Positions 22,551 to 30,800 of a stretch of DNA of 32,000 bases are shown piece after piece. Position numbers and translations under genes: made by a program. This DNA is from Candidatus Woesearchaeota archaeon (GTDB lineage Archaea > Nanobdellota > Nanobdellia > Woesearchaeales > ARS49): the NCBI GenBank assembly GCA_002687275.1, contig NYZT01000021.1:29317-61316 (forward strand), written 5' to 3'. The notes beneath the pieces are model-generated. The model saw only the letters and a program-made list of their open reading frames with translations. It was not told the origin of the DNA and made no database searches. Each line of letters opens with the position of its first letter. Position 1 is the first letter of the stretch.

Positions 22551-22589
22551 CAGAAGATTTCCGGAACAACTACCGAAACACATATAAAA
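22551..22589 (+). promoter_or_regulatory. Shared promoter module copy 3: CAGAAGATTTCCGGAA-N14-CATATAAAA
   Basis: 16-mer at 22551-22566. It matches 12 of 16 positions directly, and 15 of 17 as the reverse complement TCCGGAAATCTTCTGGA. TATA at 22581-22589, exact 14-nt gap. Upstream of vapB. Confidence 0.5.
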
Positions 22590-22626
22590 GAAATCCACCT
22601 ATTAATGTTAAACAAGGAGTTATACA

Positions 22627-22818
22627 ATGGTTGTGGTAACAACAAAAAAGATTGGTGGAAGCCTCATGGTAGTCATACCAAGAGACGTGGTCAAAGAAAA
22701 AGACATAGGCCCAGATGAGACCGTGGATGTGGAAGTGAAGAAAGTGAGAAAGAGCTATCTAGGCGTGTTGAAGGGCATGGGAAGACTCACCAAGGAGGAT
22801 AAGTACGACATTGACTAA
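22627..22818 (+). CDS. vapB: AbrB/SpoVT-type antitoxin (VapB-like)
   Basis: MVVVTTKKIGGSLMVVIPRDVVKEKDIGPDETVDVEV is a swapped-hairpin AbrB-type N-terminus. AAGGAG lies 7 nt upstream. It overlaps the PIN gene by 8 nt. Confidence 0.8.
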   Translation: MVVVTTKKIGGSLMVVIPRDVVKEKDIGPDETVDVEVKKVRKSYLGVLKGMGRLTKEDKYDID

Positions 22819-23206
22819 GCTTGTTGTAGATGCTTGGTGCTGGGTCGAGTATCTCATTGGAGGGCCGCTAGCACCTATAATTGAAACAATGCTAGACAAG
22901 CACGAGTGCTACACCAGCGCTGTAAGCCTGGCAGAGACAGCGAGCAGGGCCCGGCGAATGGGAAAGGATGAGGCCCTCGCTGTTGAAGCCATCATGCAAA
23001 GATCACGCTTGGTGACGGTAGACGCCAACCTGGCACTAGAAGCGGGAATACTTCACTCTACAGAAAAGAAGCGCAACAGGCACTTTGGCCTAGGTGATGC
23101 TTTCGTACTCAGCACCTCCAAAAGCATAAAGGGAAGAATACTCACCAACGACAAGGATTTTGCACACCTTACTAACGTTTGGATGCTCGATAGACTGAAA
23201 AAATAA
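22811..23206 (+). CDS. vapC: PIN-domain ribonuclease toxin (VapC-like)
   Basis: LVVDAWCWVEYL (first Asp), SLAETASR (Glu), GDAFVLSTS (Asp) and ILTNDKDF (Asp) give the PIN acidic quartet. TTG start with no in-frame ATG nearby. Confidence 0.85.
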   Translation: MTKLVVDAWCWVEYLIGGPLAPIIETMLDKHECYTSAVSLAETASRARRMGKDEALAVEAIMQRSRLVTVDANLALEAGILHSTEKKRNRHFGLGDAFVLSTSKSIKGRILTNDKDFAHLTNVWMLDRLKK

Positions 23207-23219
23207 GAAGGGAAGGCTT

Positions 23220-23378
23220 TTACGCCTTGCCCAAGATTTTATACATAGTGCAGTCGCACTTTGTGCATACGCCCTTTGCTGCTTTCATCTTGACTTTGCC
23301 CTTCATAATTACTTCTTTCACGTCTTTCATCTTGCGATTGGTCTTGCATCGCATGCATCTTCCTTCTATATCGGCCAT
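23220..23378 (-). CDS. 52-aa zinc-ribbon protein, DUF5679-like (not in the ORF track)
   Basis: MADIEGRCMRCKTNRKMKDVKEVIMKGKVKMKAAKGVCTKCDCTMYKILGKA: CxxC...CxxC with the K-rich pattern I associate with DUF5679. GAGGTGG lies 7 nt upstream. Confidence 0.65.
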   Translation of the reverse strand: MADIEGRCMRCKTNRKMKDVKEVIMKGKVKMKAAKGVCTKCDCTMYKILGKA

Positions 23379-23450
23379 GTTATAACCACCTCAAGTCTTA
23401 ACCTAGACTAAGACTATTTAAAATTAACGCTTATTTAGTCGTTAGTAAGT

Positions 23451-23897
23451 CTAATCAGGACAAAGAGAACTTGTTAGGAAAGGCGAACGATCACGGTATT
23501 CTGGCAAGGGGATTCGCATGCCTTCGGACATCTCCAGACCTACAGGAAGTTTAACTATCTCCCACGCCACACCAGAACATGGCGCAAGCTCTACTTCATC
23601 GCGCGGAGGAGCACCTAAGGCTAAAGCTACTTTCTCTACGCCCCCTCGCATTTTTTCCCATGAGGCTGCGTCGGAAGCACCACCAACAATTTGCAGATAT
23701 TTTCCAGAAGGACGCGATTGCACGGTGGCCGTTATTCCTTCGGGCATCTCAGGAACATCATCTTTATCCCACTGAATCCTTCTCCCAAAATTACCTCCAC
23801 TTTCGCCTACGAAACCGTACACGTCGCTCATACAGTCACCAGGGAAGAGATGGTGGCTAGGCCCAAAAGCAATGGTGCGACTTAAGTCTGGACTCAT
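23451..23897 (-). CDS. Hypothetical protein (148 aa, or 126 aa from the internal Met)
   Basis: ORF co-oriented with, and 31 nt downstream of, the DUF655 gene. No family recognised. Confidence 0.55.
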   Translation of the reverse strand: MSPDLSRTIAFGPSHHLFPGDCMSDVYGFVGESGGNFGRRIQWDKDDVPEMPEGITATVQSRPSGKYLQIVGGASDAASWEKMRGGVEKVALALGAPPRDEVELAPCSGVAWEIVKLPVGLEMSEGMRIPLPEYRDRSPFLTSSLCPD

Positions 23898-23928
23898 ACC
23901 TAGGAAGAGTTATGGATAGTATTTAAAC

Positions 23929-24498
23929 CTACTCAGGACTATTAACGAACACGTTGTGCTTCTCATCGCCCCAGAGCTCGCTGAGCACGCGCTTTACCAC
24001 TATCTTCTCAGGGTCTGGCATCAGGTGTACTCTCTGGCGTAGGTCAGCAAAGTTTGCGAACTCCTTGTCGTCTCGTTCCTGGATTATCGCCCACATGTGC
24101 TTTTTTCCAAGGCCAGGTAATAGCTCTAGCTGGTGCATCCTCGTGGTTAGCGGTTGTGCGGTGTTGAAAAAGCTAACAAACCGTTCCTGGCCTTTCTGCA
24201 CCATGTCTTGGACTACAAACTCTACCTCTTTTCTTCCGCTGGCCGTGAGCTTGTCAGCGTCTAGCTTGCCCACTATGTGCTGGACCTTGTCTCTTTTTCC
24301 CTCTCCAAGATAGATTTCTTCTAAGGGTTGCAAGAACGAGTCTTTCTTCGCAGTCAGCTCAAGAAGGGTGAAATGCTTTTTTCCTATCGCTTGGATTATG
24401 GCCTGCTTTCTGTGACTAGGAGTGGGATCGTTTGGGTAGCCGTTCGGCAAGAAGTCTAGTACTATAGCCGTTTCTTCCCTTGCTGGTTTCTCTTCCAT
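23929..24498 (-). CDS. DUF655 (COG1491) family archaeal protein
   Basis: AIVLDFLPNGYP...AIIQAIGKKHFTLLEL and MHQLELLPGLGKKHMWAIIQERDDKEFANFADLRQRV match the conserved DUF655 pattern (an OB-like N-terminus plus a helix-hairpin-helix-like C-terminus). Confidence 0.85.
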   Translation of the reverse strand: MEEKPAREETAIVLDFLPNGYPNDPTPSHRKQAIIQAIGKKHFTLLELTAKKDSFLQPLEEIYLGEGKRDKVQHIVGKLDADKLTASGRKEVEFVVQDMVQKGQERFVSFFNTAQPLTTRMHQLELLPGLGKKHMWAIIQERDDKEFANFADLRQRVHLMPDPEKIVVKRVLSELWGDEKHNVFVNSPE

Positions 24499-24606
24499 AC
24501 CCCATACTCCTATTCATGTTGTTATTCATAAGTGTTAATACCTGCTTGTATATAAACGTGTCGATAGATCACCCTTATAAGCCTGTGGTTACTTACCAAT
24601 CACGTA

Positions 24607-25140
24607 ATGAGAACTATTCCCGAGATAGAGAGCCCTATCCAAATCCAGGCCACGGTGGACGCCAGCCACAATATGAAAAAAGATGATTTGGTGGTCATCC
24701 CTGAACTGGGCGACGTGCGAGTTCCTGAGGGCACGGCAGTTTTTGTCCCTGATAAACTCGTTCTTAATACCAAACCCGTGCTGTTGTGCGTGTACGTGCA
24801 CCCGAGATTGGCAAAGGCACCCAGTGATTCAGATCAGGTTTGCGTTCCTATCCGCTCCTTACCCTCTTTAGACCACGAAAGTATGGCCGAACAGACGCTT
24901 GCCATGCATGCGAAAGGTTATCATGGCTGCATGTTCACCGTGCCCGATTTTGAGTATCCTGAGTATCGACAAGTGCGCGACATCAAGGGTGCTGCAGAGG
25001 TGGTGCCCACGAGTTACGTGCATGCCACCTTAGAATCTTTGTGTAAAACCCGACCGTCGTTGAGACAGCCGCTTCTCCAACTACAGCTATATGACGGTGA
25101 GGTTCCCATGATCGATGACATCGCTGCAGCGGGACACTGA
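24607..25140 (+). CDS. Hypothetical protein (177 aa)
   Basis: ORF with CTTATAAG 32 nt upstream. No family recognised. The 3' end overlaps the convergent 25087..26190 gene by 54 nt. Confidence 0.55.
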   Translation: MRTIPEIESPIQIQATVDASHNMKKDDLVVIPELGDVRVPEGTAVFVPDKLVLNTKPVLLCVYVHPRLAKAPSDSDQVCVPIRSLPSLDHESMAEQTLAMHAKGYHGCMFTVPDFEYPEYRQVRDIKGAAEVVPTSYVHATLESLCKTRPSLRQPLLQLQLYDGEVPMIDDIAAAGH

Positions 25141-26190
25141 GATGGGATGCCCCTGGGCTTGCAACTCTGCGATGACCTTCACAATCACGTGATCAGCAGT
25201 GAGCACGCGGGTGGGCTGCGGACTTCTTGCCAGCGCAGTATGCAAAATCAAGCCATCAGCCATTTTTTTCACCTCATCCCAAGAAGGATCTTTAGCACCA
25301 CGATTGCCATTCCAAAGTTGTTTCAACAGGGCTTCTGCATTCGCGGTGCGCTGTCTCTCGTTAAAGGGAAACACTCCACCGCCACTTTCTACGGCTATCT
25401 TTTCCCACATGGAACGGTAAGAAGCACCTAACAGAGCGCTTTTCTTAGACTTCTTTGGATTTGCCAGCTCATCCATGACCGACTTGGGAATCAACATTGT
25501 CGGAGTCTGGACTGCCAACCGGAAACCGCCCCTGTTGTGTTTTCTCACAAATTCATTGCAGTGCTCGTACACGTCTCGTGCAAAGTTGGCGTCCAAAATG
25601 ACAAGAACATTTGCTTGCGCACCTGCCGCACCAAATTCTGCGTCCAGGTTCAACGTTGCCTCTATAGGTTCTGCCAAACCAGACTCAACAGCAGGGATAA
25701 CCACTTTAGTAAAAGATTCTTGGATGTGCGTCAGAATTTCGACTTCTGACTCTTGTATAAGGTGTAACATGACAAAGGCGGTTTCCTGCGTTTCAGGGAC
25801 GTCCAACTCGTTCATTGCTTCATCGCCCTCCTGCTGGCGTGTCACGACAATGTTATTCTCGCCCTTGAGCCTTTCCTCGGCCTCGGCAAAAAGAGCCTCA
25901 ACCTCATCATCCAAGGCCAAGTCTTTGATTCTTTCGCGCAATGTGGAGAGGGCGCGGATGAGTTTAGCGTCAAAGGATGGCGGCTTGCCTGGTCTGCCCA
26001 ACAGCTTATCAATGCTTTGCAGAGCGGTAGCCACCGCTTTTTTCGTATCACTATCACGCTCCCCCTTACCCTTTCTCGTACGCCTGTTTTCAAGTTTCGC
26101 GCCAGCATCTAACAGAAGGGGTCCCACTTCTTTAAGTTCTTGGATTCGTGCTTCCAGAATTTCCACGATATTAAGACACTCGTTCCGCAT
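25087..26190 (-). CDS. 367-aa protein: N-terminal helical/coiled-coil region plus a C-terminal PIN-like nuclease domain
   Basis: The C-terminal part has VLVILDANFARDV, IPKSVMDELANP, MADGLILHTALA and RVLTADHVIV. These resemble the four acidic positions of PIN domains (PhoH-associated/PIN_4-like spacing). The N-terminal 190 aa match no family I recognise. Confidence 0.6.
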   Translation of the reverse strand: MRNECLNIVEILEARIQELKEVGPLLLDAGAKLENRRTRKGKGERDSDTKKAVATALQSIDKLLGRPGKPPSFDAKLIRALSTLRERIKDLALDDEVEALFAEAEERLKGENNIVVTRQQEGDEAMNELDVPETQETAFVMLHLIQESEVEILTHIQESFTKVVIPAVESGLAEPIEATLNLDAEFGAAGAQANVLVILDANFARDVYEHCNEFVRKHNRGGFRLAVQTPTMLIPKSVMDELANPKKSKKSALLGASYRSMWEKIAVESGGGVFPFNERQRTANAEALLKQLWNGNRGAKDPSWDEVKKMADGLILHTALARSPQPTRVLTADHVIVKVIAELQAQGHPISVSRCSDVIDHGNLTVI

Positions 26191-26224
26191 ACCTTCCCGT
26201 GAATTGGTCGCTATAAAAAATTAT

Positions 26225-26569
26225 CTATGCTTTTGGCTTCACGGCAACCACTGCATCTGCTATCTTTTGGGCGTGCTCTTTGGAGAAGGTGACGTTGTAG
26301 CACGATAGCACGGTCTTCACCTGTTCAGGCGTCACAGGGCACGAATCAACAATCTTGTGGGCAAAGACGTCCTTCCATCGAGGGATGCCGATCTTTGCAA
26401 GACTGTCGAGCAACGTTTTGGCCTCTTTGACATTCAACAGGCAAGTCTCTGCGTGCTCTAACGTTTTTTGTGCTCGGAAGTTTAGCTCACCTTGCTTTTG
26501 GACCTTTTCTAGTGCTTCGCGTACAAACGGCAGGCTTACAGGGTCTTCGGATATGATGCTGTCTTTCAT
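26225..26569 (-). CDS. rpoF: DNA-directed RNA polymerase subunit F (Rpo4)
   Basis: 114 aa with the typical pattern (LPFVREALEKV...NFRAQKTLEHAE...AKTLLDSLAKIGIPRWKDVFAHKIVDSCPVTPEQVKTVL). It lies immediately downstream of rpl21e with a 4-nt overlap, as in many archaea. Confidence 0.85.
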   Translation of the reverse strand: MKDSIISEDPVSLPFVREALEKVQKQGELNFRAQKTLEHAETCLLNVKEAKTLLDSLAKIGIPRWKDVFAHKIVDSCPVTPEQVKTVLSCYNVTFSKEHAQKIADAVVAVKPKA

Positions 26570-26856
26570 GCTTTCCTCAAATGTACTGGATGGACTATTA
26601 ACATTTTTGGCTTGTTGAGGTCCTTCACGCTAACCGTGTAGCACTTTCCTCGCTTGCCATTCACCGTGCCCACTCTTCCATGGAATCTGCGATGGTACAG
26701 GCTACCCTGGACGGCAGGCTCTGCCTTCAGCACGACCCTGTCTCCTACCTTAAAGTTGGCGAAGAACCTGGCGATGCTTATCTTGCCACGGTCTCTCACG
26801 TGCTTTCTCAATAGGTGCCGAGTTTTTCTGCGAGAGCCGCCTGTGCGGTTAGCCAT
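26566..26856 (-). CDS. rpl21e: Large-subunit ribosomal protein eL21
   Basis: MANRTGGSRRKTRHLLRKHVRDRGKISIARFFANFKVGDRVVLKAEPAVQGSLYHRRFHGRVGTV is the eL21 signature. Confidence 0.95.
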   Translation of the reverse strand: MANRTGGSRRKTRHLLRKHVRDRGKISIARFFANFKVGDRVVLKAEPAVQGSLYHRRFHGRVGTVNGKRGKCYTVSVKDLNKPKMLIVHPVHLRKA

Positions 26857-26888
26857 GCACTCATAAAAACGGAGCGTGTTTATAAAGC

Positions 26889-27299
26889 TTACCTTGTGGT
26901 CAATCTTCGAGTCGCGCTACTCTCAGGTGGCGGGTACCACTCGCCAGATCCCAATCTTCTTTGGGTAAACGTGCTTCCCCTCTCGATACCACTCATGCGC
27001 TGGACGTACTCACTTCGCTTTTGGAGCCTGGCTCCCTTGTACGTGTACGGCTGGAAGGAAGAGGGTGCAACCTCGCCTATCTCACCTTTAGCCTGGAGAT
27101 CCTTATAGATATACTTGTAAGAGTCACGATTGTCAATGCCGTAGTACGGCGTGCCTACCTGGTTGACATTCTGGCCACCAGGAGCCCGTCTATACGTGTC
27201 CCAGTAGACAAACTTGCCCTCTGTCTCAGAAATAGTGACGAATAACAAGCCCATGCTAGCTATGGCTATAATGCCAAACACGGCCATCAACTGTTTCAT
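26889..27299 (-). CDS. Hypothetical membrane-anchored or secreted protein (136 aa)
   Basis: MKQLMAVFGIIAIASMGLLFVTI is an N-terminal hydrophobic helix. I chose the ATG at 27299 because TTATATAG lies 29 nt upstream. The track start at 27320 is a GTG adjacent to the TATA. Confidence 0.6.
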   Translation of the reverse strand: MKQLMAVFGIIAIASMGLLFVTISETEGKFVYWDTYRRAPGGQNVNQVGTPYYGIDNRDSYKYIYKDLQAKGEIGEVAPSSFQPYTYKGARLQKRSEYVQRMSGIERGSTFTQRRLGSGEWYPPPESSATRRLTTR

Positions 27300-27432
27300 A
27301 CACATTTTCCACACCTTCACCTATATAATAGTTATCACTAGTATACTCTAACAGCCAGGTTCGGGAATACAAAAAATTTATATAGAAAAGCCATTACTAC
27401 CACACAAACAGAACACTTTCGGAGGGTAAGCA

Positions 27433-27837
27433 ATGGGCATTTTTGACACTTTAAAAGACAAACTCGGGGGAAGCAATTTCGACGAGCTCGAGGCAGAAGA
27501 GGGTTACCTAGAGTTAGACAACGCAGGTAACGTTGACAAAGGAAAAATCACGGTTCACCCGTTCCTTTTAGAAGAATTTGACGACATCAAAGGCGTGCTG
27601 GACAGTCTACGAGCTGGCCAGACCATAGCACTCGTCAATATTAAGCCATTAAAAGACAGAGACCTGGTCGAACTAAAGCGCGCGATCAACAAGCTAAAGA
27701 AGACCACGGATGCCATCGAAGGAGAGATCGCAGGGTTTGGCGAGGACTACATCGTCGTAACACCAAACTTTGCCACCATCCACCGAAGCTCACGACAGGT
27801 CAAACAAGTCAAAGAAGACGCTACTGTGGCAGAGTAG
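27433..27837 (+). CDS. sepF: Cell division protein SepF homologue
   Basis: ITVHPFLLEEFDDIKGVLDSLRAGQTIALVNIKPLKDRDLVELKRAINKLKKTTDAIEGEIAGFGEDYIVVTPNFATI fits the SepF/DUF552 core. GGAGGGT lies 5 nt upstream and TTTATATAG about 45 nt upstream. Confidence 0.85.
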   Translation: MGIFDTLKDKLGGSNFDELEAEEGYLELDNAGNVDKGKITVHPFLLEEFDDIKGVLDSLRAGQTIALVNIKPLKDRDLVELKRAINKLKKTTDAIEGEIAGFGEDYIVVTPNFATIHRSSRQVKQVKEDATVAE

Positions 27838-27841
27838 TAGG

Positions 27842-30800
27842 TTATACCATCTTTGGAAGATCGATGTTCCCAGCCTTTATGCGGTTAGGGATAGCACTTT
27901 GCTGAGGCCGATAGAGAATCCCAAAGGCGCGGTCCAAGCGCTGACGAGTGTCTCTGTATTCTCTTCTTAGCATTTTTGGAGTCTTCCCAAACCGGGCCTG
28001 AAGCGCTTGGACAGGCACCGTGCCTCGCCAGTCCCACTCCTCTATCCGTGCATCCCAAACCTCCACTTCCTCCTCAGTAAGTTCCGCAGCTTCGTAGAGT
28101 TCCTGTCGGTTGAGATGTACGGGGCCTAACTCCCCTTCTATCCTATTTGGAGGCACCGGCTTACAAGGAACGTCAAAGATCAAACAGAGAAGTTTACGAT
28201 TGCTAACATAATCACCAGGAGAGTCCAACTTAGGAAGAACGCGTTCGTGAACAAAACGTTTGTTAAGCAGATGTGAAGAAGGATTTCTAACGCCAAAGTG
28301 CCCACCGAAACATCCTTGGTCCTTAAGATCGTGACTTGACAGATACCACGATCCTTTCCTTGTAAACATATCTCCAACGGAATCAAACACTTGGGAGATT
28401 CCCCCTTCCCACTTGCTGTTAGAATAAAGCACCTTGTCAAAAACAATGTCAGGATATGCAAATTTGATCACTTCCGGGAAATTTCCGTCAAAGAATCTCG
28501 CGACCCAGTGTTTAACTCGGCTACTCAAAGAGTTAAAGGTAGGACGGGAGTTGCTGTCGATTTCATAACCGAAATCACGCTCGAGGCAGGTCCGCAACCG
28601 CAATCTTGCATAGCGATCCCAGGGAAGTTTCTTTCCTTGATCAAGTATCCTTTTGGTTTGTGCGGTCACTCGTTCTCCGCCTTTCTCAAAGGCAGGTCGA
28701 TTATGACGAATCGCTTCTAGGAGAACCTTAACCTCTGCAGTTCTCAACTCAGTAGAGTCTACATCTCTCCCCTCAAAAGATTCTTGCAGCGTTCTTCTCT
28801 GGCTATCGCTCAGCGGAGCTGTCTCCACCAAAGAATCTAACACTTCCAGATGTTGTTCTAGTGGCGTCTTACGTTTAGGCAGAAGAATCCTTCGATCATT
28901 GCCCGTCATGCCCGCCAACATCTCCAGCTTCCGATCAGCCCCCGGACCAAACTTGGCGTCTGCCATTTCCTTGTACAATTGGTCCAGACTTCCACCGTTC
29001 TCTATCGCTCGCTTAATAGGATCATAGCGGGTGTTCGTGGTTCGGTCAAAAAATTTAGGGTTTGGCAAGTAGCCTCTTGAGTGGCTCATAAGGTCCCTCA
29101 AGCCATAAGCACAAGAATGATGACTTAGGGAGTCGCTAAGGCTTGCCTTTGCGGCAAAGAGCGCAGTATTTATTTGAGAGAGGAGCATGCCTTCCTCGGC
29201 GGCCATGTCTTTTTGCAACTGCCCGCGTAAATAGCGTACAAGCAAACGGTGTTGGAGACCAGAAAGCTGGTCCAGACCCCTCTTTGCGTCACGGATGATT
29301 CTTGGATACTCCTCTATCTCCGCATCACCCACGAGCCACTGCAGACGCCGAGGATGGAGCTCCAAGCCACCAAGAGCATCTTCCATCAAGCGTTGGAACT
29401 CGTTGTTTTCCGCAGCGCTATCAGGAGAAAGCTCTCTTCCTTTTAAGTTAGTCCAAAAGTAAGAATCTCCTTCATCCTCCACTATTTGGATCATCGATCG
29501 GCCATGAAGTTTGAGCACAGTGTATCTTACTGCTGCCGAAAGGTAGGGAATAGGATTGTCAATTCTCCTGTCCGGATCTCTGAGACTGGCTTGATAGAGA
29601 GACAGGGCAACTGATTGCTGTGCCTCCTCTGCCTGGTGCTGGCTACGCGAGTATTTCAGTCCCATACGAAAGAGAATGTCAAAGATGTTTTCGCCATCAA
29701 CGAGGCCGTTTTCCTGCATGCCGCTAACAATTTCCGCGAGAGTTAACGAGCCACCAACGTCGACAGGCGCGGTGGCCACAGCAAAAGGACTCACTCCCCC
29801 AACATGACGCCCTTCCAGGTCAACGCGAAGTACATGATCTCCCTTTCTAACAAGACAATACTTGTCCGTCTGGTCAGGTCCATGTTCGATAACGAGCGCT
29901 GCCCGGTCAGGCTGGTCAAAGGTCACGCTCTTCGCGAGGTTGCCAGAAACTTGAAATGTCGGAGATAAACCCTGCAAGGTCCACGGTTCTTTTTCAGGAT
30001 CAACATTGAGTAGAGCGATCCACCTCGTGTCTTCCTTCAACAGGGCCATTCCGTGAGTTACAAGACCATAAGGAAAAGTGTGCATTGCCTCCACGCCCTC
30101 ATCGTGCATGAGCAGCGTTCGGCCGAGAATCTCCGCAGATTTAGCCTTGCTTTGTACTTTCACAGGATGTAATGATTCATCCCACAAACTCAGAGACTTG
30201 CCCCCGCGAACGGTAAGTGGTCCGTAAAAAGGCACCAGCTTTGGATGACGGAAATGCTCAGGTTGGGCCATCCATAAGGCGAACAAATTTTCTCGCGCCT
30301 CACCCCTAGCTTGCTGGAATGTCACCTCTGAAGCGTCTCCCAACGCTCTTCTCACCGCGGCACTCTTAGGCAGTGGCTCAAGATAGTCCACTAATAACAC
30401 CTTGCCTTCCAGATCAGAGACGACTGTGTTGGTCTGGCCCCACGGATTCCTAGAACGCAGGAAGGTTATGGCCTCGCCACCACGTCCTAACCCTAGCTGA
30501 TAATTTTTCCCCAGGAGTCTTGTTTTGCCCTGAGGATCCAACCTACGCATGCCCAGGACTTGGTGGTCCGAACCGCCCTTCTTGTCTTCTTTGGCGATAA
30601 ATCCCCTCGCCTTTTTCAAACGGAACGGACGGCCATACTCCTGCCCATCCAACTCAAAGGCAAGGTCTGCCCTTCGAAAACCTCTGATGTTGTAACTCAC
30701 CCTAACCGTCTTACCTATAGCTTCCGAAGGGAGCCCGCCACAGTAGAGCATCTGTCTTTCAACCATGATTCGGGTACAACCCTCGCCGTTAGTGGATCGC

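Noticed and set aside
28472-28487. TTCCGGGAAATTTCCG inside the giant ORF, resembling the shared promoter palindrome. Lone TTCCGGAA or CGGAAATCCG strings also occur at 5503-5510 and 19579-19588.
   Set aside because: All lie inside coding sequence and have different half-site spacing, and none has CATATAAA 14 nt downstream. They are most simply chance or coding-driven occurrences.
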